Source: Felis catus (lineage: Eukaryota). Taken from it: 64,000 nucleotides of DNA. Positions 12,966 through 26,089 of the stretch are shown one piece after another; position 1 is the stretch's first letter, and each line of letters opens with the position of its first letter. The DNA is taken from positions 101,682,001 through 101,746,000 of the forward strand of contig NC_058368.1 of assembly GCF_018350175.1 (NCBI RefSeq), written 5' to 3'. Below the pieces are notes generated by a model that had not been told where the DNA came from, did no database searches, and saw only the letters and a list, made by a program, of their open reading frames with translations. A program made the translations under genes and the position numbers.

Positions 12966-14419
12966 CATTATTAAAGTGATGCATATGATGAGGCATAAGA
13001 AAAATTACAACTGTATATTCCCCAGTCGGTTCTCACTCCCCCAGCTGTACTTCCAGAGGTAACCATTAAAGTTCAAGAAAATCTTTTAGGTTCTCAAGAG
13101 AGTATGTTAATTTAAGAGGGGTTTATATTTTTAAATATATTAATATTCTCTCCCATTTGGCCCTTTCTCTGGTTAAATTGAAGTATCAATTTGCCTAGGG
13201 GAGTAGGATTAGAATTTTTACAGTAGAAATGGAAAGAGACAAAAATGAGACGATATTCAGCTTCTGATACTTGCAAGGGATACTTGAAGTCAAAGCAGAA
13301 TGACAGGCTTGAAATCTGGAGATCTCTGAGAGAGATAGAGACTTTGTAAATTGCTTTACCTATCTCTCTAATGCATCAAAAGGCAGGTGGGGTGGATGAG
13401 ACCGTAGAGAATTATATGCCTAAAACAGGGCAAAGAAGAGTTCAACTAGAAAGAGTGGATGCCCCAAACCCCTACCTCTGGTTCCTAGAGGTTGACTGTT
13501 GAATACAGGAGACAATGGTGGGAGACTCCGGGGGTTTCGCTACACTGGGGAGATTACGTTAAATAGTTGAGGTGAATGCTTATTCCTTGATTGGGCCAGT
13601 AGAACAGGGTGTTCAATAAACTTTGTGGGGGAAGGCAACACTTTGGGGGTTGGCAGCAGTAAGGTAAGCTCAGTGGCCCAACATTGTTTGGATGAGGTTG
13701 CCAGGGTTTATTTTCTGAACAATACTGAGTTCCCAGAAGACCTATGGAAGTTGGCTGAGTTGCAAGCCCAGCCTGTTGTGGCAAGGGGTGAGGAGCCCCA
13801 GGAGCGTAAGCCAAGCTATGAGGACCAGGAATAATACAAAGAGGAGACTCAGAGAATTCCACATGCCTTTTAGAACTGGAGTGAGGCCACCCCACCCGGG
13901 GAGCACCAGCAAGCCTGGCCCTTACTTAGCCAAAAAGAGACCAGGAATAGACAACGATGGCATGTTCTAGAATACTCAGAGACACAATAAGGTCAACTAA
14001 AACAACCGGCGGTCCTGGGATCCCCCAATCCCGGGGATCTGCAGTAGAGAGGAACAAGAGTCTGGGGGATGCTACACCCATGGATATGAAGAGCTGTCTT
14101 GTCCTGTCTCATGCCGCCTTGAAGCCACAGATGTGTCACACCTTTTCTCCCCCAGCTGCCATCTTGGGGGACCAGAGGGAAGGAGAGGAAATCAAAAGGA
14201 TGGGGCTTTACCCAAAGAACTTTAAGTCAGTGCAGTGGATTGAATGTATTGATTTGAACTCAAATACAGGTTTCTGCAGCTGATTAGGTGGGGGTGCATG
14301 AGGACGATCACATTATTTATCTCCAAAGAAATCAAGAAGCCACTGGGAGCATCTCAACGCATTTTGAGTAAACTATTTGGATGTTGGGTCTCCTGCATCG
14401 ATAGTTCATGTCTTCAACT

Positions 14420-14740
14420 GCTTTTTCTCATCCATCCCATTTCCACCTTTTCACTCTACATCCTGGGAAATTTGCTCAGGTTTTTCTTCCAGAACTTCTA
14501 TTGGATTTTTAATTTTGATACCAGTAGTGTTCATTTTGAGGAATATTTTCTTGTCTACTGATTGTTCCTGTCATAACAGCTTCGGCTTTTATTGTATTTG
14601 ATTTGTAATGGATGTAATGTACTCTCAAAGATCTGATGACAGCAATAAGATGTTTTAAACTCTTCTCCTTTTTGTTACGAATCATCTTTGGTTCTTCTGA
14701 GGTCACTTGTTCTATTAGTTAGTTTTGGTCCCTCTCTCTC
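14420..14740 (-). mobile_element. Ancient HAL1/L1M ORF1-region fragment
   Basis: T-rich '...tctacatcctgggaaatttgctcagg...cttctattggatttttaattttg...' resembles antisense HAL1/L1ME ORF1; heavily diverged. Confidence 0.45.
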
Positions 14741-15010
14741 AATGTTTATAGATGCATGTAGATGATGCATCTGCAATGTAGTCTTCATATGACTTCTGAA
14801 GCTCCAACTGGGTCCCTTTTATTCTCTCCTCACCAAGACTTGGAGAGTCTTCAGTCCTAGTCAACCACGTTACGTTCTTATAGTTTCACATGACGAAGGT
14901 AAATACAGGACAGGAGAGACTCAATCATCATATACATGTTTCCACTGATTTTCTATACTCTCATGATTTCCAAAATTATATTTTAGTCCAAATATCTCTT
15001 TGGCGATTCA

Positions 15011-15222
15011 TTTTTTAAAATATTTCTTTATTTATTTTGAGAGAGAGAGGGCATGCATGTGCGAGTAGGGAAGGGGCAGAGAGAGGGGGAGAGAGAATCC
15101 CAAGTAGACTCCACACTGTCAGCATGGAGCCTGACTCAAGGCTTGAAATCACAAAGCGTGAGGTCGTGACCTGAGCCAAACCAAGAGTCGAAGCTTAACC
15201 GACTGAGCCCCCCAGGTGCCCC
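15011..15222 (-). mobile_element. CanSINE
   Basis: T-tail, GA tract, ...cttaaccgactgagccccccaggtgcccc. Confidence 0.92.
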
Positions 15223-17198
15223 GTTAGTGTCAGTTTTTTACAAAAAGAAACCCATTATGTAAATAAGAAATTGCCTTTACTTGTTAAATTGAAACCCCTG
15301 ATCAGTAACTTTTTTATTGTTCAAAATTAATTGTTTAGGTCTCTGTCTTTATGTGAAAACAGACAATGATTCAACGATATTCACTGTATGGAGTTCCAAA
15401 GGTGGTCATTTTGTGAACTTCTTGAAATCAATTTTGCAGAAGCAATGATAACGGAAGCTGGTTGCTAGGGATTAAAAAGAAGATGTAAGGTGGGGAGGCG
15501 GAGAGATTTTTGTAGGCAACTTTTCTAAGATATAGGACTCTGATGAGGAGCAAATCAGTATGGTTATTAAGGCCTACATAGAGTGGAGTGTGTTTGTGTG
15601 TGTGTTTAAGTGGTAGGGATGTGAGCATGTTGCTATGCTGACGAGAAGTCAAAGGCACACTCGTTCCTCAAATAGTTCCTCAGTGGGACTGGTTTCTTTC
15701 ATGCCTGCATTCCTGGTTTTCCCGACACTCCCAGACATTTCTCACCTCCGGGGAAAGACAGAGTTCAGGTTCTGGTTGGAACCCTCTTCTCTGCCAACAT
15801 GGCTTCCTTGTCTGCTGACTAAATAGACCTTCGTTCTAGATGGCAGGAGGTAGCCTCTCCCTCCCCTCTTGGCACCCCTGCAAGATGCAACTTCCTGTTG
15901 TCCGTGTGGGAGGTGGGGATCGTCTCCCATCAGCTATTAGCTCGCTTTACTCGTTGCTTTCACTACTCTTTCCTGGATCCATCGTGTAGCTACTCCTTGG
16001 GGCTCAGCTCAGTTTGCCAGTGTCCCTGCCTAGAACAGCCTTTTGCTAAAGGATTAGGGAATAGTAAAGAAGCCATACCACATAGGTAGAAAGAATTTTT
16101 CAGTTGTAACATCATTCTTGGAAATTTGTGTACAATTCTCGCGCAGCAATGCCCCTCTTGGAACCCTGGCTCTCTGCCATGTTGCCTAGTTCCTCCTTCT
16201 TGACCCTTCTTCCTGTTTCCTCTTTTTCCTTTCTCAAAGCCTTGGTGGATAACTCCACATTCTCTCTTACTTCATTACACAGAGGAATTTAAATCTTTTT
16301 TCCCCTTAGCTTTGTCCTTATATCGTGGGCCCACAGTTCAGATGTTATCAGGTTATTAAGGTAGTTTCCTAAAAAAGAAAACAAAAAACCCAACAGTTGT
16401 TTCTATCAGAGGAATATGGTTGTCTTTCTCAGCCAATTGATTCAAGTGACAGTTTATAATAACATTCGTATACCTATATTTTGATTTCTATCTATCAACT
16501 TTCTATTTTTCTTTCTATTTGTCTTGAAAATACTAGATAAGGTTGCTAAAGAAGAAAGTCCCCCTTGTAGCATACTTGCTATTAAAATTTCCTTTTATCA
16601 GTGTGGATTGTCCGGGACAACCATATAATTATCAACTTCCAAAGCATGAGCCTATAACCTCAGCATTTAATTTTAGAATTATTACATAATTACCTGACAT
16701 TTCAAATTAGATAAATTGCAAATGTGGCCTTTCATTACTTTCTCCTCTATATTTCAAAATGAAAAGGCAAGGTAGCCCTTCTTCCATCCCTAGAAATTCC
16801 ACATTAATGTGAAAAGAATAAGAGACTTCTGATGGTCACAGTCTGATATTTCACTTCAGAGGAAAAGCATGTCGAAGGTTTACTGAGTTAGAAAACTCTT
16901 GTTAGTAAGTATCCAAGCACAATTTTGAAGCTGTAGGATTATTTTAGGACAGGAGATGATAGAAATTGCCTGTAGAAGAAAGGGGCGTGATGGTGGAAAA
17001 TTTAACAAAAAAATATTTTTATGCGGCAAAACGATATCGGCCTTCTTGCAGAGTATTCGGGTAACAGATGAGGAGGCAGAGGGGTAGAATTCCAGCTCCC
17101 CATAGCTGTGGTCTTCTCACTGCTCTGGAAGCATACATTTCACTGGACAGAGCAGATGCGAGAATAAGCTTAAGTGCATCTGGTCAAACAACTCGCTA

Positions 17199-17239
17199 TT
17201 TCTTTTTTTTTTTTTTAATCTTTTTTAATCTGTATTTTT

Positions 17240-17288
<49 letters not shown>

Positions 17289-17446
17289 GGGTGGGGCAGA
17301 GGGAGAGGGAGACACAGAATCCCGAGCAGGCACCAGGCTCTGAGCTGTCAGCATAGAGCCTGACGAGGGGCTCGAACTCACGAACTGTGAGATCATGACC
17401 TGAAATGAAGTCAGACGCTTAACTGACTGAGCCACCCGGGTACCCC
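17199..17446 (-). mobile_element. Felid SINE with expanded (GA)n tract
   Basis: Antisense SINE; long (GA)n at ~17245-17285. Confidence 0.95.
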
Positions 17447-17804
17447 ATCAACCGTCTCTTTCTGTGAGGACAGTTCAGTTTGATCTTACTTGTGGTGAGT
17501 GATGTTTTAAACAAACCCAAAACAGAATCTTATAAACAATAATAAATAATACTGTGTATAAATTAACCATCCATATGTTTTACGATATGACCAAGAAGAA
17601 AGTTACGTAGTTTTGTGTAACTTCTCTTATGTATTCAAAAATTGAGGCTTCCCTTTCAGTCACATTCCTTGATATTTGAAATTGAATGAACTATGAGAAA
17701 TTTCAATGAAACACATTGATTTTGACTAAATATTATAAACGATTTTGTCCAAAGTGTATCAAAGTACACTCTGGCATTGAATGCATCAGTTTTAAACAAC
17801 TTTA

Positions 17805-18024
17805 TTTTATTTATTTTATTTTTTTCAATGTTTATTTATTTTTGGGAGAGAGACAGAGCATGAATGGAGGAGGGGCAGAGAGAGAGGGAGACACAGAATC
17901 GGAAACAGGCTCCAGGCTCTGAGCCATCAGCCCAGAGCCCGACGCGGGGCTCGAACTCACGGACCGCGAGATCGTGACCTGGCTGAAGTCGGACGCTTAA
18001 CCGACTGCGCCACCCAGGCGCCCC
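17805..18024 (-). mobile_element. Young felid SINE (SINEC_Fc)
   Basis: CpGs retained; perfect TSD taaacaacttta (17793-17804 / 18025-18036). Confidence 0.97.
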
Positions 18025-18213
18025 TAAACAACTTTATATTGACCTTTATTTTTAAAGGGACACATCTTTGATAAAATTTTCGAATGGTTTCAACCTTGTT
18101 CGCACAGGTAGATGTCACATAGATATGTTGATTCAACTGAGTGCTCCTAGGTTCCCTGAACTGTTACTGGCTAAGTTTTTAAGTTTTTGATCACATATTA
18201 CCATTTTATTCTT

Positions 18214-18360
18214 TTCTTTTTCAGTATGGTTGACATACAATGTCGCATTGGTTTCAGGTAAACAGCGCAGGGATTTGAGAAGTTTATACATTATGCTATG
18301 TTTACCACTCGTGTCGCTACCGTCTCTCCAGAAACATCTCTATTACAATATCATTGACTG
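18214..18360 (-). mobile_element. Short carnivore L1 3' end
   Basis: 'ttgacatacaatgtcgcattggtttcaggta...tttatacattatgctatg...tattacaatatcattgact' with flanking direct repeat ccattttattctt on both sides. Confidence 0.75.
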
Positions 18361-19825
18361 CATTGCCATTTTATTCTTGGTGTGGCTCTGACACCTTTAT
18401 TTTCTCGGTTTGACTCATGTTATCTGAGCCTGGACACATAAAGAAGGAAGCAGAGGAGTGAATGCACTGTGAGCCATGTATCTGTTCAAACACTGCCTGC
18501 CTCGCCTTCCAACCATTTTTCCAGAAAAGGAATTTATTGCTACTTCAGTCAGTGCTAAAGATAAGTTGGGATATCAGATGCTTTGGTAGCCACACGTCTA
18601 AATAATAGTAATTATTCTGCTTCTAGCTCTCTCTAATGTAATTTGGCTTTGAGAGCTAATGGTATTTCTGTTTTATTCCACAGTAAATATCACTTTCACT
18701 AAATCACTAGGGTTGGGTCCTACCATTATAAAAGTATTGATTTTTATGTAAACCAGCAGAAAATGCTAACACATATAAAATGTTTGATAGTTTATTGGGG
18801 TTTTTCTGATAGCCACTTTACTTTCCGTCAGGCAGTATAAAGATTGGAGATATTGGATTTGGGGTGGGCTGAACAGGCAGCTGGAGGGAGAAGGGTTCTG
18901 ACAAATGCCTTGACGTTCTTTCACGCTAAGTAAGAAGCTAGGTCATATTCACAATTATAAAGAGTGACAGAAATATCGTGCAGATTAAATGATTAGTGGG
19001 GGGCTTGTGTTCCTAGATTCTATGATTTAGTAGCTACGCATTGGGTTTTATTATACACAATGCACTCGGAAAAGTCAACCAATAAAAAGAGTAAGTGATT
19101 CTACATTTGGCTGTGGCTTCTGTTTCATTACACGTAGTAACTTCAAAAAACACAGAAGCGCGAGTGTTCAAATGAAGAAATTAATACATATGGGGGCCGC
19201 TGAACTAGTCCTCCTATTTTGGAAAATTAAGTTCAGGGTATCTGTTGTGGGAATTCAATAAAACTTTTGGCCTTCAATATAAGATAGACCATAAATCAAT
19301 GAAGTTTAAATAGTTCTGCTCTCTTGAACACCTGCTTATCTGTCTTGAGAAAATTCTGTAGTGTTTTAACCATCATTTTATGACATTAAAAAGTAATGCT
19401 CACTATTGCAGTACTTGGAAAGGCTATTAAAGTTAAGGGTCTGTCAGCTATTCCATTATAAACCCTGATTTCCAGGAGTTTAATATAACCCAGACATTAC
19501 ATGTAATAAACCCTAATGCAGGAATCTGAAACTTGGATCATTATTTTCTCTATTTAAAGGCCAATCGCCCCACAAAGACTGTCTCTAGCCCTGGCAAATA
19601 TCTTTAGGGTAAGTGATCATTTTAAAAATTTACCAAATGCTATTTTTTCCTTCCTGGGATTTCTTACCTCTAAATTAAGATAAGCCCTCTGAAAGCCAGG
19701 CTAGGTGTAAAAGAGCTTTTGAATGAATGAATTTAATCTATGTTTTTTTCAGAGCTTCCCCCGCCCCAGTCTGAACAGAATTTAATGCTTTCTGCACAGA
19801 AGAAGCTTTGGGCCTGTAAATACGG

Positions 19826-20110
19826 CATATTAGTTTTCTGTTGTTGCTATAAGGAGTTACCGTAAACTTGGTAACTTACAACACCGTACATTTATTTTCA
19901 TAAGGTTTTGGGAGTCAGAAGTCTGAAATCAGTCTCACCGGCTGACATCAAAGGTGTCGGCAAGGCTGGTTCCTTCTGGAGGCTGTGAAGGGATAATAGG
20001 TCTCCCTGTCTTTTTCAGCTTCTAGTGGCTGCTTCTGTTCCTTTGGCTTCCTCCTTGAAGAAGGTCCCTTCTTCATCTTCAAAGTGCATCACTCCATTCT
20101 CTGTGGCCAT
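19826..20110 (-). mobile_element. MLT1-type (ERVL-MaLR) LTR fragment
   Basis: tattagttttctgttgttgctataa...cagaagtctgaaatc...aaggtgtcggcaaggctggttccttctggaggct, typical antisense MLT1C/D. Confidence 0.8.
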
Positions 20111-20339
20111 TGGAGTAATGAGTGTGAAAAATATCTGTGACTCGTCTATGAACTCCTAGGAGTCCTGGGTGGAGGTGCTCCAGCGAAATTAAAGGGCAAT
20201 TTCAGGAATTAGCGTCTGATGGCCTTCAAGAGCTTCATATATGCCTCATGAGGTGGGCATGAACTTTTGAGTTTTCTTCAGAATTAGGAATTAATCATGA
20301 GCAAAGCCCTCAGAGGGAATTTATATCAACTGCATATTT

Positions 20340-20550
20340 AAAATTATGCTTTAATGTTTATTTTTGAGGGAGAGAGAGAGAACGTGAGCGGGAGAGGGGC
20401 GGAGAGAGAGGGAGACACGGAATCCCAAGCAGGCTCCAGGCTCTGAGCTATCAGCACAGAGCCCGACGTGGGTTCAAACCCACGAACCCCGTGAGATCAT
20501 GACCTGAGCCGAAGTCGGACGCTTAACTGACTGAGCCACCCAGGCGCCCC
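20340..20550 (-). mobile_element. Felid SINE
   Basis: ...gaagtcggacgcttaactgactgagccacccaggcgcccc. Confidence 0.95.
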
Positions 20551-21059
20551 TCAATGACATAGTTTGATATTATGTTTGAGACGCAGTTCGTTGTAAATCT
20601 GAGTTTCAGGTATCTGACTTGCACATAAAATAACTGCATATGAAATATGACTGATGTAGACTCACCCAGAACTGGGGAGAGAGGAATATGTTTTACAGGC
20701 ATGAAGAAGAAAGAAATGGCAAAGCAGTTCTGTTTCTTGCTAACTGATAATCTTTCCTATTGGGCCGGGTAAGGCCCGGTGTCCCGAAGTCTCCGTGGTC
20801 AGCATCACAGAACTGCAAGCAGAACAAATTGGCACTTTTTTGATGGAGGCACGGTGGCTACTGGTAACTGCCTGACAGTGGGAGGAGGCGTTTGGAGGTA
20901 AGAGTACCTTGACCTGTCGTCTGCCTTTTGTCCTGTCTGTTACGCAATGTATTTCCCCAAAGAAATCATGTTTAAATCAGATTAAAAAAGGAATCTTAGG
21001 GTCCCGGGCTGGCTTGCCAATGTTGTTTTGTTAATCCTCGGTGCAGTCAAGATATGCAT

Positions 21060-21266
21060 GTTTTTAAGTTTGTTTCTTTTTGAGACAGAACGAGCGTGCA
21101 AGTGGGAAAGGGGCAGAGAGAGAGAGAGGGAGAGAGAGAATCCCAAGCAGGGTCTGTAGTGTTATTGCGGAGCCCAGCATGAGGCTTGATCCCATGAACC
21201 GTGGGATCACGACCTAAGCTGAAATCAAGAGTTGGACGCCTAACCAATTGAGCCACCGGGTGCCCC
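21060..21266 (-). mobile_element. CanSINE
   Basis: T-tail, GA tract, ...aaatcaagagttggacgcctaaccaattgagccaccgggtgccc. Confidence 0.9.
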
Positions 21267-21479
21267 CCCCGCCACCCCAATATTTTTTAAGGAATTAAGT
21301 GTAAGGAGCAGAAGAACACAAGGCGGAATAAGCAGTGGTAATAGTCAAATGAAGGTTACTGAAGAAAATAACCCTGTTCTATATTCATTTCTACTTCATG
21401 ATGATTTAAAGGGACGGGTATTTTTGTTAGAGACCTAGAAATGAATCGCGCTGTATCATTGTTTCTCTGAGCATTTTCT

Positions 21480-21717
21480 TTTTTTTTATTTATTTTTTAT
21501 TTATTTTTTCAACGTTTTTTTTATTTATTTTGGGGACAGAGAGAGACAGAGCATGAACGGGGGAGGGACAGAGAGAGAGGGAGACACAGAATCGGAAACA
21601 GGCTCCAGGCTCCGAGCCATCAGCCCAGAGCCCGACGCGGGGCTCGAACTCACGCACCGCGAGATCGTGACCTGGCTGAAGTCGGACGCTTAACCGACTG
21701 CGCCACCCAGGCGCCCC
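21480..21717 (-). mobile_element. Young felid SINE (SINEC_Fc)
   Basis: Near-consensus, long T tail; perfect TSD ctctgagcattttct (21465-21479 / 21717-21731). Confidence 0.97.
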
Positions 21718-21771
21718 TCTGAGCATTTTCTAAGAATAACCAATTAAAGGACAAACTTTTAGAGGGCCACA

Positions 21772-22405
21772 TGGTTGAAACAAGGAGTTATCAGGACTCA
21801 GGACCAGTGTCGGGCTTCATGATTCCCTGGAAGGACTCAGAGAACTCACATTTATGGTGTATTACAGACAAAGGATGCAGTTCAAAATCAGCAAAGGAAA
21901 AGAGCATACAGGTGAAGTTCAGGAGAAACCGGGCGCTAGCTTCTAGAGGGCTCCTCCCCGTGGAGATGTACAGGGAGCAACTCACCTCTCCCAATGATGT
22001 GTGACAACACGTGTGCAATATTGCCGTGTAGGGAACCTTACCTGAGCCGTGGTGTCCATGTGTTTCATTAGGGGGTCAGTCATAGCATATAGCACCTGTG
22101 TGACCTTAGCTACTCAGGCTATCTCCTGCCCCCTAGAGGTCAGAATGATATAGCATGGCTGGGGGTCTCAGACATCGAAAAACCTGCATTTGCCATAAGA
22201 CACATTTTAGCAAAAGCTCTCTGGTCAAACAGATACGGTGCCCAAGGCCTCAGGCACACAAAACACTCTCATCAAGGAAGATATTCCAAGGCTCAGAGTT
22301 CATCTCCCAGGAATGAGTCAAGGGCCAGTCCTGAGGACAGGCCTCTCTCTGATATGTGCAGGGTTTGAGCATCCTGGGCCTGCTGAGTTAATCTTTTACT
22401 GAATG
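21772..22405 (-). mobile_element. MER21C-like solo LTR
   Basis: Reverse complement begins ~cagtaaaagattaactcagcaggcccagg...aaaccctgcacat...ggcccttgact...ctgggagatgaactctgagccttggaatatc, matching the remembered MER21C consensus. Confidence 0.8.
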
Positions 22406-23339
22406 GTCCCCTTTGATGTACATTTTAGCTGAGGCAGCAAAGGCAACCATATATGTACCAGGAAACTCTTGCTGAAACTTTCAAATGGAAATGGTAGAGA
22501 GGGTACAAATAGGGCTACAGTTTTGTATGTTCCAAAGCCAGTAATGGATGGTCTCTGATGTTAGATCTGCCTTGATGTTGGGGGAGAAAAAGGATTCCAT
22601 TAGAGAATGAGGACAGATGTTGAGTGGAGTATTTCTCACCTCTGTGTTCTGCATGCCCAAGGAGGAGAAACTTATGATCTCCAAACAGCCGCAAAACAAA
22701 ACCACGAGTGCCTATCAGAATCACTGGGGGGGTGGGTTTGAACTACCAATGCCTAGGAAGCATCTTCAGGGCTTCCGGTCCAAGTGCCTAGGCTGTGACT
22801 TGGGAAGTGGCCTTTAAAATTGTTTCTAAGGTGACTGTGACTCTGCAGAGGCTGAAGAGTATACAGTCGATCAAAGGGGAGAGAATTAGGACACTAGTGA
22901 TCTTCACTAAGTCACTAACCCTCAACCCTGGTGGCATGTCCGACTGGCCTAGGGAGGGGGAATGGGTCATAAAAAGACTGGTTCCCTTGCTGGATTCTTA
23001 GAGATACTTGTTCAGTTGGTTTGGGTGATTCTTGCATCCAGTGTGCACTCAGGGTTGAGAACTACTGCTTCCAACAAGTCATGTTCCCCTGCCTTCTCTC
23101 TATTCTATTCACTTGAACACAGTATCATCCAATTCAGTTATACAAAACAACTCACAATCTTGAGGAATCTCAGGGAGGAAACAGTGTCCACAAGAGGTAC
23201 ACATGGCCTCTGTGTAGGCGATCTTTGATCCAAGATAGGAAAGATAATGCAAAGCCAGTGATGGGAAGACCTACAAGGAGGTTAAGAGAAGCATTGGCAG
23301 ATACAAAGGAGGCGAGAGAGATTGTTACCTTCAGTGAAT

Positions 23340-24330
23340 AGAAAGGACACTGAGGTACAAATGTGGCAAGGGAGGTTAAGAGGTGGTGCACGTTGAAGTA
23401 GGGACGGAAATCAGTAACTAGATCACACAGCACCATGGAGGCCATTTAAAGGATTCAGAATTTATTCTAAGGTTAATGGGAAGGTTTGGAAGATTTAGGG
23501 TTTGGAGTAACATGATTTGTACCTTGGGAAGATCTTTGTGTCTGTGACGTGGATGGTAGATAGGTCGTAGAGGGCAGGGGTGACAGTACACAAGTCAGAG
23601 AACCTTTGTAATGATCTGAGCAGGGATACGGGTAGTTTGGATCAGGATGGGGGTTGAAGGGATGGAAGGGAGTGAAGGGATTCTAGACAGATGCTAGAAA
23701 CACAAAGGACAGAATTTAAAGAGGTCATGAGCATGGGGTCCATCGAAAGGGAAGGATCACACATGCTTAAGCACTTTTGGGGATTGTGGGACTGGAGATA
23801 ACTGGGACATGCGGGGTGGGGAATAGAGTTTGACACCTACCACAAACCACGTAGAAAGATAAAGTTCACAGCTCCACAGAAGCAAATGTGGAGGATTAAG
23901 GCTTGGGCTGCAAATAAACTTTGGGCATCACGAGCATGTTGGAGACATTTAAGATACCAGACCGAATGAGACCTTTTCAGGGAGAATGGAGCCAGGGGAG
24001 GTTGGGTATGATGGAGACCGAGAAGTGTTCACTGAGGTCGGCAATGAGAGCATTCCAGTGGCAGGATAGGGACTACTCAAGAATGCACGAATAGTAGGTG
24101 AGGAGGTGGAGACAGTGAGCTCAAAGAAGGTTCCGAATGGCTATGAAAGGAAGTACAGAAAGAGGGCAGTTGCCAGAAGGCGAGTTGAAGTCAAGGGAGA
24201 ATTTTTGAAAGGGGGACCCACAAGCCCATGTTCATGGGTTGATGGAGATGATCCCAGGTAGGGTGTGAGCGATTAACTATGGAGGAGGGAAAGAAGAGAA
24301 AGAAATAGAATGTTCCTTGAGAACGCGAAA
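23340..24330 (-). mobile_element. L2 LINE relic
   Basis: Purine-rich '...tttattctaaggttaatgggaagg...ggagtaacatgatt...agtttggatcaggatggggg...ggattctagacagatg' characteristic of antisense L2. Confidence 0.6.
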
Positions 24331-24740
24331 AGGGAAGCAACCCTGAGCGCTAAGGGGACGAACTGGGGCTTACAGTAGGTTTTCCACTGTGTCCAGAGGG
24401 AATCTAGGAATTCCTTTCTTGGGGATTTCTGAATATACCTCATTTAAGCTAAATGTTGTATATATATTTTTCCTGCCTTATTCACACTTGTACAAAATCC
24501 CATACTTTCTGTCTCGTTAGGATCATACTTTGGCTCTAGATATAAACTGTTCTCCAAACCAATGGAACAGCTTCATGAATTCTTATCCCAAAATGATTCT
24601 GAGTTTTTTTCTTTCATTATGATTTGCTTTCTATGGATTTCTCTTTCAAAAATTTTTGTACATGGAAGGGAATACAAATATAATAAACACATATGCCCAC
24701 AACTGAGGCTTCGTAAATCTTGGCATTTTCATCTTTTCTC

Positions 24741-24940
24741 TTAAAAAAAATTTTTTTTTTGGGGGGGGGGAGAGACAGAGCACAAGTGGGGGAGGGGCAG
24801 AGAGAGAGGGAGACACAGAATCCGAAGCAGGCTCCAGGCTGTCAGCACAGGGCCCAACGCAGGGCTTGAACTCATGAATGATGCGATCATGACCTGGGTC
24901 AAAGTCGGACGCCTAACTGACTGAGCCACCCAGGTACCCC
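24741..24940 (-). mobile_element. Felid SINE
   Basis: ...aagtcggacgcctaactgactgagccacccaggtacccc. Confidence 0.93.
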
Positions 24941-24975
24941 TGTGCTATTTTATTTCTTAAGAAAAAGAGAAAGAT

Positions 24976-25196
24976 GGGGTACCTGGGTGGCTCAGTCAGT
25001 TAAGCGTCTGACTTTGGCTCAGGTCATGAACTCTAGGTTCATGGGTTCAAGCCCAGCATCGGGCTTTGTGCTGACAGCATGGAGCCTGGAGCCTACTTCG
25101 GGTTCTGTGTCTCCTTCTCTCTGATACCCTCGCCGCTCACTCTCTGTCATTTTCTCTCTCTCAAAAGTAAGTAAACATTAAAAAAAATTTTTTTAA
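24976..25196 (+). mobile_element. Felid SINE
   Basis: ggggtacctgggtggctcagtcagttaagcgtctgact head, CT tract, A-tail. Confidence 0.93.
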
Positions 25197-25199
25197 AGT

Positions 25200-25872
25200 A
25201 ATTAAGAAATAAAATATCACAGAGCTAAAGGTCTCGAACCAACACCTGTTTTCCCTAGACTCTCCTGAAGCACCCACTATCATGAGTTTGGTGCTGTTCT
25301 TATCTCTTGCTTATGCTTTCACGTACATGTCTATCCCTCGTCAACTATAAACAGTAGGATTTTGGTGATTTTAAATTTATATAAATGATGTCCTACTTTA
25401 CATAGCATTCTACCCATTTTAAAGTCACAGTGTTTTCAAAAAATCCAATCTTGTTGGTATATGCAGATCGTGTTCTTTCCTTTTAACTGCTAAATTGAAT
25501 TCTGTCATATAATTATACACCACGCTTTATTTGTATATTAGTTATTGATGGGCATTGATATAGTTGCCCATTTTCCACTATCTATTATAAACTACATTGG
25601 GAAGTGGATCTTTGTCCAAGCCACGTATCTGATTGTGTTTTGCTACATGTCTGTAGACTGCCTCATTCCATATTCTTGAGAACATATGGAAGAGTTTCTG
25701 TCAGGTGTACTAGTAAATGGAATCCCTGAATTGTGGAATATGCGTATTTGCGTGCTAAGTGGAATCTTCCCGTGGCTCTCTGGTGTGGCTGTACCAGGTA
25801 TATCTCACACCCCACCCCCAGAAATATATGAAAGGACTCCCCTCTCCACTTTCTCACCAGCACTTGATATGG
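25200..25872 (-). mobile_element. Old L1ME-type 3' fragment
   Basis: T-rich antisense L1 3' UTR/ORF2 end (tttatataaatga..., ttgatgggcatt..., ccactttctcaccagcacttgatatggtca). Confidence 0.55.
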
Positions 25873-25883
25873 TCAATACTTTA

Positions 25884-26089
25884 TTTATTTATTTATTTAT
25901 TTATTTATTTTTCAATATATGAAGTTTATTGTCAAATTGGTTTCCATACCATACCCAGTGCTCATCCCCAAAGGTGCCCTCCTCAATACCCATCACCCAC
26001 CCCCCCCCTCCCTCTCACCCCCCATCAACCCTCAGTTTGTTCTCAGTTTTTAAGAGTCTCTTATGCTTTGGCTCTCTTTCACTCTAACC
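25884..26089 (-). mobile_element. Recent felid L1 3' end (~200 bp)
   Basis: (TTTA)n tail, 'gaagtttattgtcaaattggtttccatac...cccagtgctcatcccca'; perfect TSD tcaatacttta (25873-25883 / 26090-26100). Confidence 0.92.
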
